Assembly: GCA_973895155.1 (NCBI GenBank)
Contig: OZ316891.1
Coordinates: 30,201,112-30,265,111 of the forward strand
Length of the DNA stretch: 64,000 nucleotides
Source: Marsupella aquatica
Lineage: Eukaryota > Plantae > Marchantiophyta
Direction: 5' to 3'
Position 1 is the first letter of the stretch; each line of letters opens with the position of its first letter. Positions 53,421 through 64,000 of this stretch are shown here, piece after piece. The position numbers and the translations under genes were made by a program. The notes below the pieces were generated by a model, which saw only the letters and a list, made by a program, of their open reading frames with translations, was not told the DNA's origin and made no database searches.

Positions 53421-55146
53421 AAAGCATCTCCAAAGTTTGGTTCTGTAAAAAATACCGTTTGGTCAGTTTTGGCCAAGCTGCATCAGGACATCTCACAGAA
53501 GGGCGATCTTGGCTATGGTAGATTGGATGCTGATCCTTATGAATGTGGCATGCCTTGCATCCTTCATGCCACATGCCCCAGCCAAAAGCATATCAAAGGA
53601 GCCCTCAGAAAACTTTACCCTAGGTTTTGTGGATTAATAGCTCACTGAATTCTTGGCTTAGCTCACCATGCTTTTCTGAATTTCACCCTCTAGTTTTAAA
53701 CTAACAAATCTAATGTGTCATTTGCAAAAATCACCCAAAACAAACATATCTGGAGAGTTTCATCCTCAGCATTTAAGGATAACTTAATTATGTGTGAAAG
53801 TCACCCAAAAAACATACCTGGACCAATAATTCAGGGCACTATATATATTAAGGGAAAATTTGTGAAATCTCATAGAAAGTCTTGAATTATCACAAAGTCA
53901 TATGTGATCTGTCTCTTCAGGCAAGATTTTTAATGAATTCCAGAGGATATACCCCTTTGTACCTTTGCTGAGCAGAGTCAATGAGGCCTTTTTCAACCGC
54001 ACGCTGGATGATACAGTTCGCATGGAAATCAACGGCCTCAAGTCAGGAGTCTACTTTACTAGGCCCTAGACCGTCGATAGTGATCCAGTCACGTGAATGG
54101 AAGGGTGAGTGAGAATTACCTTGTAAATTCCAGGGGACAGTTGACGGAGACAGCGCTGGCGTATTAATACGTCTTTCCGGTATGAACGACTGTATTGTAC
54201 ACGGTTGGTCTAAGTGCAAAAACCATAAATGCAAAACCTGGATAATTGCAAGGCCTCAAATTCTTCCCTATTTCATTAAACTTAGTTTGCAATTTTTCTA
54301 CACTTTTGTAACTTCAAACATGCCTAAATATTTTCACACATAACAACTTTAATAGAGCAAGTTGAACAGTACATGTAAACCTGTAAAAGCACAATCCCGT
54401 CTAAGTGCATTTACTGATAGGTACAATTCCATGGGCCTTGCACGAGGGTTCCCTTTTTTGTTCTGGGCAGGTGACAATTATGGCGCGCTGACAAGCCTCC
54501 GCTTAGCAGAACCTTTTTACAAGTGACATTATGACAATTAGATTTATTTGCCGTCAGATCTGGACAGTTGATTGGGCAAATAATACATAAATCTTTTAGA
54601 AAATCCCTTTCCATCATTACAAAGCCATTTCCATATGTGCCAAAATTTGCACAGAAAAAATAAAACTGGCTTGCATTATCATTGGGTGCAAACCAGCGTT
54701 TAGTGCACACTGATCATTCTTCCCGGGAGTATGCACTTAGGGATTGTTATTAGTTTGGCACACGCTATAAGACATGAGCCGTATACGGAAAATCCTTTTA
54801 CAGTGCCGCTTGGTTGGGTTTTGGGCTACAGGCTATGGGGATTTGATTCCTTCACGTCCATTGGGAAACCTTTGCTCGTGGCAGTCTTATGGCCCGTCCG
54901 GAAAGCGGACAGAGCATCATGAGCTGCGCGAGAAAAGAGAGAGAGAATCTCAGTTCACTCATGTGCCCACTTTTGGCCTTTCCTTGCACAGGGCCAGGCT
55001 TACCTCTTTTTCTGACGCAAGTGGCAATAAAATATATCACACATTTTTGTCTTGCACGAGGCTTTCTGAATATTCACTTGCCAGGACAGAAACATCATAG
55101 TAACTTGGTTGGCAATGTTTCTTTATAGTAAAGTTGGCAATGCTTG

Positions 55147-55298
55147 TATATAAAAATTAAAGAATACACAGCTTTGCAGAAACGGCCAAACAGAGTACTA
55201 AAGAAAAAACAAAAGATGCACAAAGCAGACAAAAACCAAACTCAAAAGAGAAATGAGCAAAGAGAAAGAGGAAACAAAACTGACCTAAATGGACCAAG
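55147..55298 (-). mobile_element. Short 5'-truncated 3'-end fragment of a CRE-related non-LTR element
   Basis: The reverse complement (cttggtccattt...tgttttttctttagtactctgtttggccgtttctgcaaa) resembles 16663-16820. It is flanked by a 24-bp direct repeat atagtaacttggttggcaatgttt (55097-55120 and 55306-55329). Confidence 0.65.
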
Positions 55299-58200
55299 TT
55301 TGATGATAGTAACTTGGTTGGCAATGTTTGTATATAGATAGTAGTAACTTGACAATGTTTGTACATCTTGGTGTCCGGGACATTGTGGGCTATAATGCCC
55401 CCGAAAAGGAGTTTCATCTCCAGTTTGAGCTGTTATGATTGCCCAAAGGTTATGATAGCGATATACTTAAAAACACAGATTTTTGTTTTTACTAGTTTTA
55501 GTACAAATAAAATAAAACTTTGATCACTGGCTCATCAGAATCTTGACTGGACAGTCAATAATGCACTGAACGTTATTTTTAAATCACTAAGGGCATTAAT
55601 TACTTTTACAGATTTTTTAGTGGGTGGGCATTTTCACTGATCCCAACCAAACGAACACGCGTTTGTGGCTTTGGACAACATGCTAAAAAGGGCATTTCAC
55701 CCTATGCAATTTTTTTCAGGATGTCATATCTGGATTTAATTTCCTACCCATTCCCCAAAACTACGTGCTCATGAAGTAACTCCAATGTAGATGTTAATCA
55801 ATGTTATTAGCCCGTAAAACTAGGGAGCCTTCTGTGCAATGCTTGACCCCAATATTAATACAAATAGTAGGCACTAAAGAAACCAAATGTGGGTCATTCC
55901 AAGTGCAAGGATTAAATTGTGGGGGAGGCATTCTTTCTTTTGATATAACCCCACCCAAAAGTGGGGTTCATTCACAAAAACTGGCACTTAGGGAGAAAAG
56001 GAACAAAATGGAGATAGTCCATATCTCCCGGGTAAGGAAAACAGAGGGCTGGAAATTTCAAAATTCAATGAGCCTCGATATTGGTTTCGGTAGTGAATAT
56101 ATTCTTTCAGTAATGTGTCTCAAAGTTTCAAAGTTGCAAATGATTATTTTTGGCCAGGGTGCTCTAAACTTTTTCACTAACCTCTAATGTGACTGATGTT
56201 CATGACATATGATTAATATTTTATGGAGAGAAATTATGTATTGCAAATCAGCCTTAATTTATTAAATTTAGGTCCATCCAATTTGAAATTTTGAATACCC
56301 TAATGCACCTATCTTGGAACACACGTTCGTTAACCTTGCACCCAAATGATTTTAATCAATTATTATTGTTAGGCGTCAGCCTAGTTACTACCACGGTAAC
56401 TTTCCCGAGGAGGGAGAATCCAGTCTGCGGCTCTGCGAGTAATGTTTTTTCCTGATAATGATTGACGTACACATCTGTCCGAAACTTCCGCAGCAGCTCT
56501 GCAGCAGCCTGCAGCCAGGAGGTAGAAAGTACTGTGTTGTATAAGGACAAGCCGACTTTCAGAAACGTACTTATACGGTCGAGTGGTAGGTCCATTTCAG
56601 GCATAGAGCCACCGACCAAATGGCATTAACGTCAGATGTCGGGCCAGAACTGGCTAGTAATGTGGGCAGTACTCAACTGCCATTGATTGTACTCAAGTCA
56701 CAGATCGTTCGTTCGTTCATTGATTGATTGGATGATTGCTTTCTGCTTCAGCGTTACTTCGTGAGCCCCATGGCCCCCATGAACCAAACCGTGTACGATG
56801 ACGACTCTCGTTGGACGCGCAATGCATCGAATCGTGTGACGGAACAGCGTTTTGGGAGCTCGATCATATTCGATAATTATGTTTTAGTAGAGAAGGAGTT
56901 CAGATAATTATCAGTCTGATGCCTGATGGAGATTAGTGTTTAGTATTTGTTCTATTTTGCTTCAGTAATCATGCGTGGTACTGCACGAGTGGTGTTGGGT
57001 TTCAATGATCTATTACTCGCGAGCATGGGCCGGGCCAACTATGATTCCGTTCGTTCCGCACACTTTGATTACCTCTAATTATGGGCTTGCCGGGGCTGCT
57101 CCCCATCACCACTACCGGCATCCTCATTCATCATTATTTGGTATCATCGAGACTCGAGAGAGTGGACAGTCTACCGTATAGTAAGTAAGACTGCGCAACA
57201 ACAGGCACTTTGCGAGAGTAATCTGATGGTCGGGCTCTTGGCAGCGACCGTCATGCATTCATGAACAGCCAAATAATTTGCAATGTCGATCGACGAGCTC
57301 CGGTCATGACACAAACCATGAAGTAATTTGGGCTAAGCAAGAATTGCAATGACCACCTTTTCGCTCTGACTATCTCGCTGAGGTATATGTGTGATGGGCC
57401 CTCTAGGGAACCTTTCTTACCTGATGGGCCCCTATGGAACTTTTTTTACCCAATGGGCCCCCTCTTAATGATTTGTACTCACTGTTCTTGTGAGGGCCAA
57501 ACTCTGCAGTTTATCACAACGTAACTTAACATCGTACACTGCGTGGTCGTGTCCAGTCCTCCGTGGTCCGCGCCGTAGTTTCCGTGGTCCCAACTGAGTG
57601 TCCAATGCAGTCAACACCACGGTTATAAATACGGTGTGGGCGGGTTTACATTTGAATACATATTATATTATGTATTCGGTTGTTTTGGGGGGTTTAGGGT
57701 TCCCTACCGCTAAACCCCGACAATCGTCGGTCTATGTTGTTTGGAGAGAAGAGAAGCTCTCGGGTTTTGTTGATCTGCTGGCCATGCTCGGGCGGGTGCT
57801 CGGGTTCAATCGATGCTCGACTTTTGTGGATGTCGCTGCTTGTTGATGATCGGGTTTGTTGATGGTCGGGTTCGGTAGGAGAAGACTGCTGCAGCACGTT
57901 GAATTTTTTGTTGGGAGCATGGGCATAAGCAAAGCGCGGGGTCCAATCTGGTTGCACAGCAGCAGCCACTAAATGCGACGTTCCCCACCTGGACGACGTT
58001 CCCCACCTCTCAAACTGGCTACCCAATGTGTCTGTAAGTTTTGTCTTGTTGCATTGAGTCAATCTGATTGCCGATGGTCCAAACATTATCATTTCAGAGT
58101 ACCAGAAATGAATGTAGCCCCGTTTTCACTGGTGATGACTATAGATTGGCCTCTATAAATTATTTGCGCAAACTTGCATTGCTGTTTGACCCCCTCAGTG

Positions 58201-59344
58201 CTGTGGCAAAGAACCGCAGCGAGCTGTCAGAACCGCTCTTTGAGGTTTGAGGTTTCGCGAGAGCCAAATGTGACCCTGTGACTCTGTGAGGTTGCAACCA
58301 TTCCAACTCCCAGGGGTCCCGTACAGGACTCATCGATGCGCGAGAGATTCAAGGGCGTTTTGCTTTGAAGCAACGAGGTAGGCAGGCTGAAGGTTGGACG
58401 TTCTCCTATACTTAAGTTTGGCTTGCATTGCTTTAGTTTTGGTAGTTGAAGAATAGTCGAAAGACGTAGCAGACGAGAATGAACTAATGTCCCGTAGAGA
58501 GATCGGTAGTGTTTGTTGGTGGGAGACAAAAGAGGGTTTTGGAAGAGAGGCGGGTGAGGAAGAATTGGACTGTTACATTGATCTCAGGCGGCCATCGGGA
58601 GGCCGGAAATTCGCGTTACCTCTTGCTGTAGTGTTGGTGCATGATAGTTGCTTCTCGTTGTTCTCTCTTTTTCTCTCACTCAGTCTTTAAAAGTGCTCTT
58701 TCAACCCATCAATTCGTTTGCAACGACAGTCCCCCAGGTTGAATGATTTTGTAAAAGTTCCTGAATCTTCGTCTGTCTCCTTCAAGTTGTTCGCAACTAG
58801 GTCAAAGCATTTTCTAAAGCTCTCTAAAATAAATCTTAGTTCTACTCGCACTGTCTCGTTTCGTTTGCTACTAGATTTGGTTTAATCATTAGTCAATTGT
58901 TGGCAGAGAATTCTTAGTTTTACAAGCACTCTCTATGCACAGGCATTGCAAACATTCCATGATCTGCCCCCAGTTTGATGTAAACCGAATTTTTGCAATG
59001 ACGACTTCTGCAGTTCATGGCTTCTGTAGTTCACTTCACCTCCCGTGCGGGAATCGGGACTCTCAATTATCATACTCTAAGAAGCGCGCACCTGGAAAAT
59101 AAAACTTGACGCCTGGTTTCTTCCCCTGTTCCGTGTGATTATCATCATCTGCTAGGTCACTCTTTGTGTAGGGTGAAGTTTTATTTGGAGCTTTTGATGC
59201 TGCTATATTTCCTGTGTATGTTGGTATGTCTTTTTAATTTCCTGCGTGTCATTCTAGGTGTGGAGTGGCAATTGAAGAGCACAGACGAGGGTTGGGTGAG
59301 ATCTTGAGCCCAACCAAGGCTGCTTTGTAGTCTTCACAGTTGCT

Positions 59345-62300
59345 ATGGCGCCACAGGGCACTAATTACTCCATAGCCAAGGAAGATGTCCACTTCCGTCA
59401 CCATGTTGATGGCAAGGGCAAACACAACTGGTTTTGCATAGTTGGGACCCATAAGCCCCGCTCCTATCCATCTTTCAAGGCATTCCAGACCCATATGTAT
59501 ATTGCCCACAACCTGCAGTTGCCAGCTGCACTGTTGGAGCCGGGCCTGCCTTGGTTGGCTTCAAGATTTGAACTCTCAGCTCGTGTAGACAAGAACCGCA
59601 AGCCGGGTCGGATTGCTGCTGTGAAGGAGCCTAATAAAGCAACATGGACGTGCCTGAGGTCTACCGTTCAGCTGCAATGGAAGCAATCCAAGTCTAGGAG
59701 GAAAGCTATGCTGAAGAAGAAATATCTGGTTGTTGGAGAGGAGCCCACTGTCCCAACAAAAACGCTTCTCGTTCGGGTTATCAAAACTGCACACATTCAT
59801 CCCATGTGCAACCAGGGTTGGTCCTGTTTGCTAGATGATTCTATGTTTGAGATGTTGTTGGAATTTCTGGAGTCTGCTGGCACTTCTCCTATTGTGTTTG
59901 GATGGATTGAGCTTATCAAACAGATGCCCATTGTGCTGCCAAGGGATAAAAAACTGGTAGCTTTAAAAATGGACAGTGCCATGCTACAATGTTTTTTCCC
60001 TCAGCTGCATGTGGAGGTGCAACCTCCCCATCTTCTGCACATTGAGGAGGTTCGGGAGAACCTCATTGGTCAGGCAGTGGAATACTTGAAGCAGAAAAGG
60101 GCACTGCTGAAGTGGAAGATTGCGCCCAAGCTAGTAGATTTCGAAGCTGCTGCTGCTGACTACAGGGAATGGAAGCGAGACCAGAAGCCCACAACGCTTG
60201 CAAAGTCTACTACAAATCTCATCCAAGAATACAAGAGGAGGGGCATGACAGTTCGAAGTGCTCAGGAGGCGGTAAGTCTAGGCTCCATGAATTATTTGTT
60301 TTGTAATGTATGCCTGTGCCATGTGAGATTCATAGTGCTGTGTTATTGTGTAGGCTGGAGTCTCAGAGGTGTGGCAGGACACCTCTGATGAGAGTGATTA
60401 TGAGATTGGCCCTGCAAAGTGGGGTTTGCTGTGTGAGGAAAGTGATGAAGAGGGACCCAAGGAAGAACCACAGGAACCTGCTATAACTGGTGCAGCAGCG
60501 GAAGACCCGGAAGAAACAATGGCGGGGGATGAAGAGGATGGACCTCATGAATCAGTTCATGGGGATGACGAGCCAGCAGAGGTCCAAGCACAGCAAGAAG
60601 CCCAAGGGGAGGACGAGGTAGCAGAGAACCCACCAGAGGAACAACCACAGCAAGAAGAGATATGGGAGGAGGAGGTACCAGAGAACACACCAGAGGAACA
60701 ACCACAGCAAGAAGCCCAAGGGGAGGAGGAGGTACCAGAAAACACACCAGAGGACCAACCACAGCAAGAAGCCCAAGGGATGGAGGAGGTACCAGCTCCT
60801 ATTGAGGACTGTCTATGTGAAGAGGCATTTCAAGTTCCTATCCATCCAGAGATCCCCCTCAGCTTTCAACAGAATGCACATGTGTTGGAGCCTCCCACCG
60901 ACGTATGGAACTCATTTTCTGACCTCTTTGGGCCCCAATTACTTTGGTTAGCCTACATCTAGAATTGCTTTGCACGTTGAAGATGTGATCCTTCTTGTCT
61001 TTTAAGTTTGTTGTGCATTTGTTTCATTGTAGGGAGGAATGGGTGTATCCCTGGACATCCCAGACAGTCCAGCACCAGCAGAACTCCAGGTCTACTGTGT
61101 AGCGCCAACCAAGCCCTCCAAGGTCTGGAATAGATCTGCCCCCAATTCCCTTGCTATTTCCGTGTCTTGAATTGCTTTGCAGGTTGGAGACGAGAACCAT
61201 GATGTCTTTCAAGTCACCATTCATTTTTTTTCTTGTAGCGACGAAGGAGGGGGGCATCCCTCGAGATCCCAGCACTAGCAGCAGCACCGCCCCCTGCAGC
61301 GCCAACCAACCCCTCCAAGGTCTGGATTGGATCTGCCCCCAATTCCCTTGCTATTTTCGTGTCTTGAATTGCTTTGCAGGTTGGAGACGAGAACCATGAT
61401 GTCTTTCAAGTCACCATTCAATTTTTTCTTGTAGCGACGAAGGAGGGGGGCATTGTTGGAGAGCATAGCAGCAGCAGCACCGCCCCCTGCAGCGCCAACC
61501 AACCCCTCCAAGGTCTAGATTGGATCTGCCCCCAATTCCCTTGCTATATACGCGTCTTGAATTGCTCTGCAGGTTGGAGACAATAACCACGATGTCTTCC
61601 TGTTCACATTAGATCTTTTTTTGTGTAGGGACGAATAAGGAGGGGGGCATTGTTGGAGAGCAGAGCAGCAGCAACAGCACCGCCCCCTGCACCGCCAACC
61701 AACCCCTCCAAGGTCTGGAATGGATCTGCCCCCAATTCCCTTGCTGTATACACGTCTTGAATTTCTCTGCATGTTGGAGACGATAACCACGATGTCTTCC
61801 TGTTCACATTAGATCTTTTTTTGTGTAGGGACGAATAAGGAGGGGGGCATTGTTGGAGAGCAGAGCAATAGCAACAGCACCGCCCCCTGCACCGCCAACC
61901 AACCCCTCCAAGGTCTGGAATGGATCTGCCCCCAATTCCCTTGCTGTATACGCGTCTTGAATTTCTCTGCAGGTTGGAGACGATAACCACGATGTCTTCC
62001 TGTTCACATTAGATCTTTTTTTGTGTAGGGACGAATAAGGAGGGGGGCATTGTAGAGCAGAGCAGCAGCAGCAGCACCGCCCCCTGCACCGCCAACCAAC
62101 CCCTCCAAGGTCTGGAATGGATCTGCCCCCAATTCCCTTGCTCTATTCGTGGTTTCGCTTTGCAGGTTCAAGACGTTAACCTCCACTGCCTTTGCATGTT
62201 TGTTTGGATTGTAGGGAGGCAGGGCAAGGGGAAGAGAAAGGGTATCCAGGGTATCAGTGCATGAGCTCCCTACAGCTACTCCACCACCTGCCCCTACACC

Positions 62301-62846
62301 AGCACCTGCACCAATGGGCTCCCAGGTATGCCACATTTCTATCATCAATGTTTTGCTGGTCAAACGCCTTAAGTTTTGTAATGTCAATATAGAGTTTGCA
62401 ACATCTTCTGATGTTTGTTTGGATTGTATGGACTACAGAGAGAAACTACACTGGCCTTAGGACCTGTTCAAGCCTCTAAGAAGAGGAAACCGGTCTCAAA
62501 ATCGCACCAGGGTCAGGCTATTAAGATAGTTCCTCTACTCGCAGTTGATCCGACTACCAATGTTGTGTTTCTGAACCCTGAAGATGATGACCTAGCAGTG
62601 CAAGACAGTGTCATACAAAAGCAGAAGCGGCATAAGAGCGTGGCAAGTAGAGGGAGGGGCCGAGGAAGAGGGGGACCATCTCATGTCATGAGTCCCTTGG
62701 ATGATATTCCAATAGATGATGGTTCCACTTTAGACACGTTTATGCTTTCAGAAATACTTCAGATTGACTCCCAAGTCACTTCTTCTCAGGATACTTTCAG
62801 GCAGAGTATCAACCAGCTGCTGCACCCTTCCCAATTTACCAGTTGA
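59345..62846 (+). CDS. Spliced orphan gene, probably TE-borne: N-terminal Zn-finger-like motif, acidic repeats, tandem Ala/Pro-rich exons; possibly a pseudogene
   Basis: Exon 59345-60271 (donor GTAAGT) joins 60354-60902 in frame. It is followed by repeated phase-0 exons from 61033 to 62109, an exon from 62215 and a terminal exon to 62846. Motif WFCIVGTH..F..H...AH. The exon at 62029 contains a TAG. Confidence 0.55.
60590..60795 (+). repeat. Coding 60-bp tandem repeat (QQEAQGEEEVPENTPEEQP), ~3.5 copies
   Basis: Visible in both the DNA and the ORF 60369-60962 translation. Confidence 0.85.
61025..62215 (+). repeat. Six tandem ~195-206-bp exon+intron units
   Basis: Acceptors (TGTAG) precede 61033, 61239, 61435, 61629, 61829 and 62029. 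The last three units have an exact 200-bp period. Confidence 0.92.
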
Positions 62847-63108
62847 CTTCCACACCCTTCCCCATTTTCAGTGGTAGCGTCATGGGTACTTCATGAGCTC
62901 CCAACAGTGGTAGTCATATAATGGGTCCTCATAACTTGTACAGACATTTCCTTCAGTACATTTTTCACCTTACAAGGTTGTGTTCATTATGAAATTATTG
63001 TCCATAATTGATTACCAATGACACCTCATGTCTGTTTGGATACAATGCATGCTAAAGCTAGGTAGTCTCGTTCAAATAGTAAGCAGGGGCCAACTCCGTT
63101 CAACCTGG

Positions 63109-63860
63109 TCACAAAGTGGAGTTCCTTACTATTATAACATGATCATTCCAGTCTGCTTCTGTGAAGTTTAGAATGCAAAAGACGACACGCATCTTGTCTT
63201 CCGCACTCACAAATGGCCAAAAAAAGAGGACACTTGGAAACTTTCGGGGCAAACCTGTAGACTCCATGATCTTGTCTTCATTCCACTTACAAATAATGTG
63301 AAAGACCGGGTGGGGGCGGACAGCCAGAAGAAGGGTACCCGGGTTCCTAATTACACACTTTGGAAAAAGGAAGACAACATGTATGCTGTCTTCCATAACT
63401 CTTACACATAATTTAAATGACCGGGTGTGGACGGCCAGATGAAGGGGGTGTGGGTTGTAGGCAGACTTGGGCAAATTTGGAGACACCATTAATTTTGCCT
63501 TCACTCACTATTACAAATAATCTGAATTGGGTTTCATTCAGACTCAAATATATGTAGGGCTAATTATGTGAACACAACATTAATAATGTCTTCACATATA
63601 GTTTTCCTTGTGTTAGACCCCCTCATGTTATGTGGCATCCTTGCAAAGGAAGAACATTAGGCACAGCAAGAAAGAACATTTGGCACAATATTAGTAAGAA
63701 GCCTCTTACATATGTCACATTAATGTTGGGTCTTCGGCCCCGGCATGCTTGGGGTTCTGGGAGGCAGCAGGGACCATGGATGAAATCCGCATAGATGGAC
63801 AATATTAATTTTTGCTTCAATTCAATGGTCACGTATGAGGCCAGGTGTGTTTGTGTCGTG
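63109..63860 (-). CDS. 3' exons of an unidentified gene extending beyond the window, convergent with 59345-62846
   Basis: 131-codon ORF 63109-63504 and an upstream coding-like exon ending at a GTAAG donor (~63708). No recognised domain. Confidence 0.35.
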
Positions 63861-64000
63861 AGATGATTCCTTACTGTAGAGGAGGTGTGTACATAAAAGC
63901 ATGAACTTGTATGAGTTTAACCTTTATTTGATTTATTCTTGCTTTGTCAAATTTACCCAAATACAAGTTTAAGTAAACCATTATGCCCTAAACCTAAACC

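Noticed and set aside
54391-54747. MITE bounded by caatccc(gtc)taagtgcat / atgcacttagggattg
   Set aside because: The inverted repeat is imperfect and no TSD was found.
63986-64000. Telomere-like cctaaacctaaacc
   Set aside because: Only two imperfect units at the window edge, so it cannot be evaluated.

Overview
This is eukaryotic, intron-rich land-plant nuclear DNA. A bryophyte source is most likely (inference from gene style and repeat types). I could assemble two intact host genes exon by exon: a 7-exon LIN37 (DREAM/MuvB complex) homologue on the minus strand (2157-5382) and a 12-exon mitochondrial-type CDF metal transporter (MTP6/MTPc1 type) on the plus strand (39296-45379). Most of the rest is transposon-derived: a decayed CRE-clade (RT + restriction-like endonuclease) non-LTR retrotransposon carrying a nested MITE and a nested 1.9-kb TG..CA solo LTR, four related MITEs with 8-bp TSDs, an hAT-like MITE, a short Helitron, a tRNA-derived SINE and a Harbinger Myb/SANT-like pseudogene. 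The most unusual region is about 28.4-37.8 kb. It holds a spliced, now disrupted gene that appears to fuse a ParB-like domain, a beta-class N4/N6 DNA-methyltransferase-like domain and an FCP1/NIF HAD phosphatase-like domain. This gene sits back-to-back with a gene made of three Tnp1/En-Spm-like (DUF8039-type) repeats. Each of the two genes has its own tandem array of a different 21-bp palindrome in non-coding sequence. A further orphan gene (59345-62846) has grown by tandem duplication of whole exon+intron units. Domain calls come from motif recognition by eye; no database searches were run.
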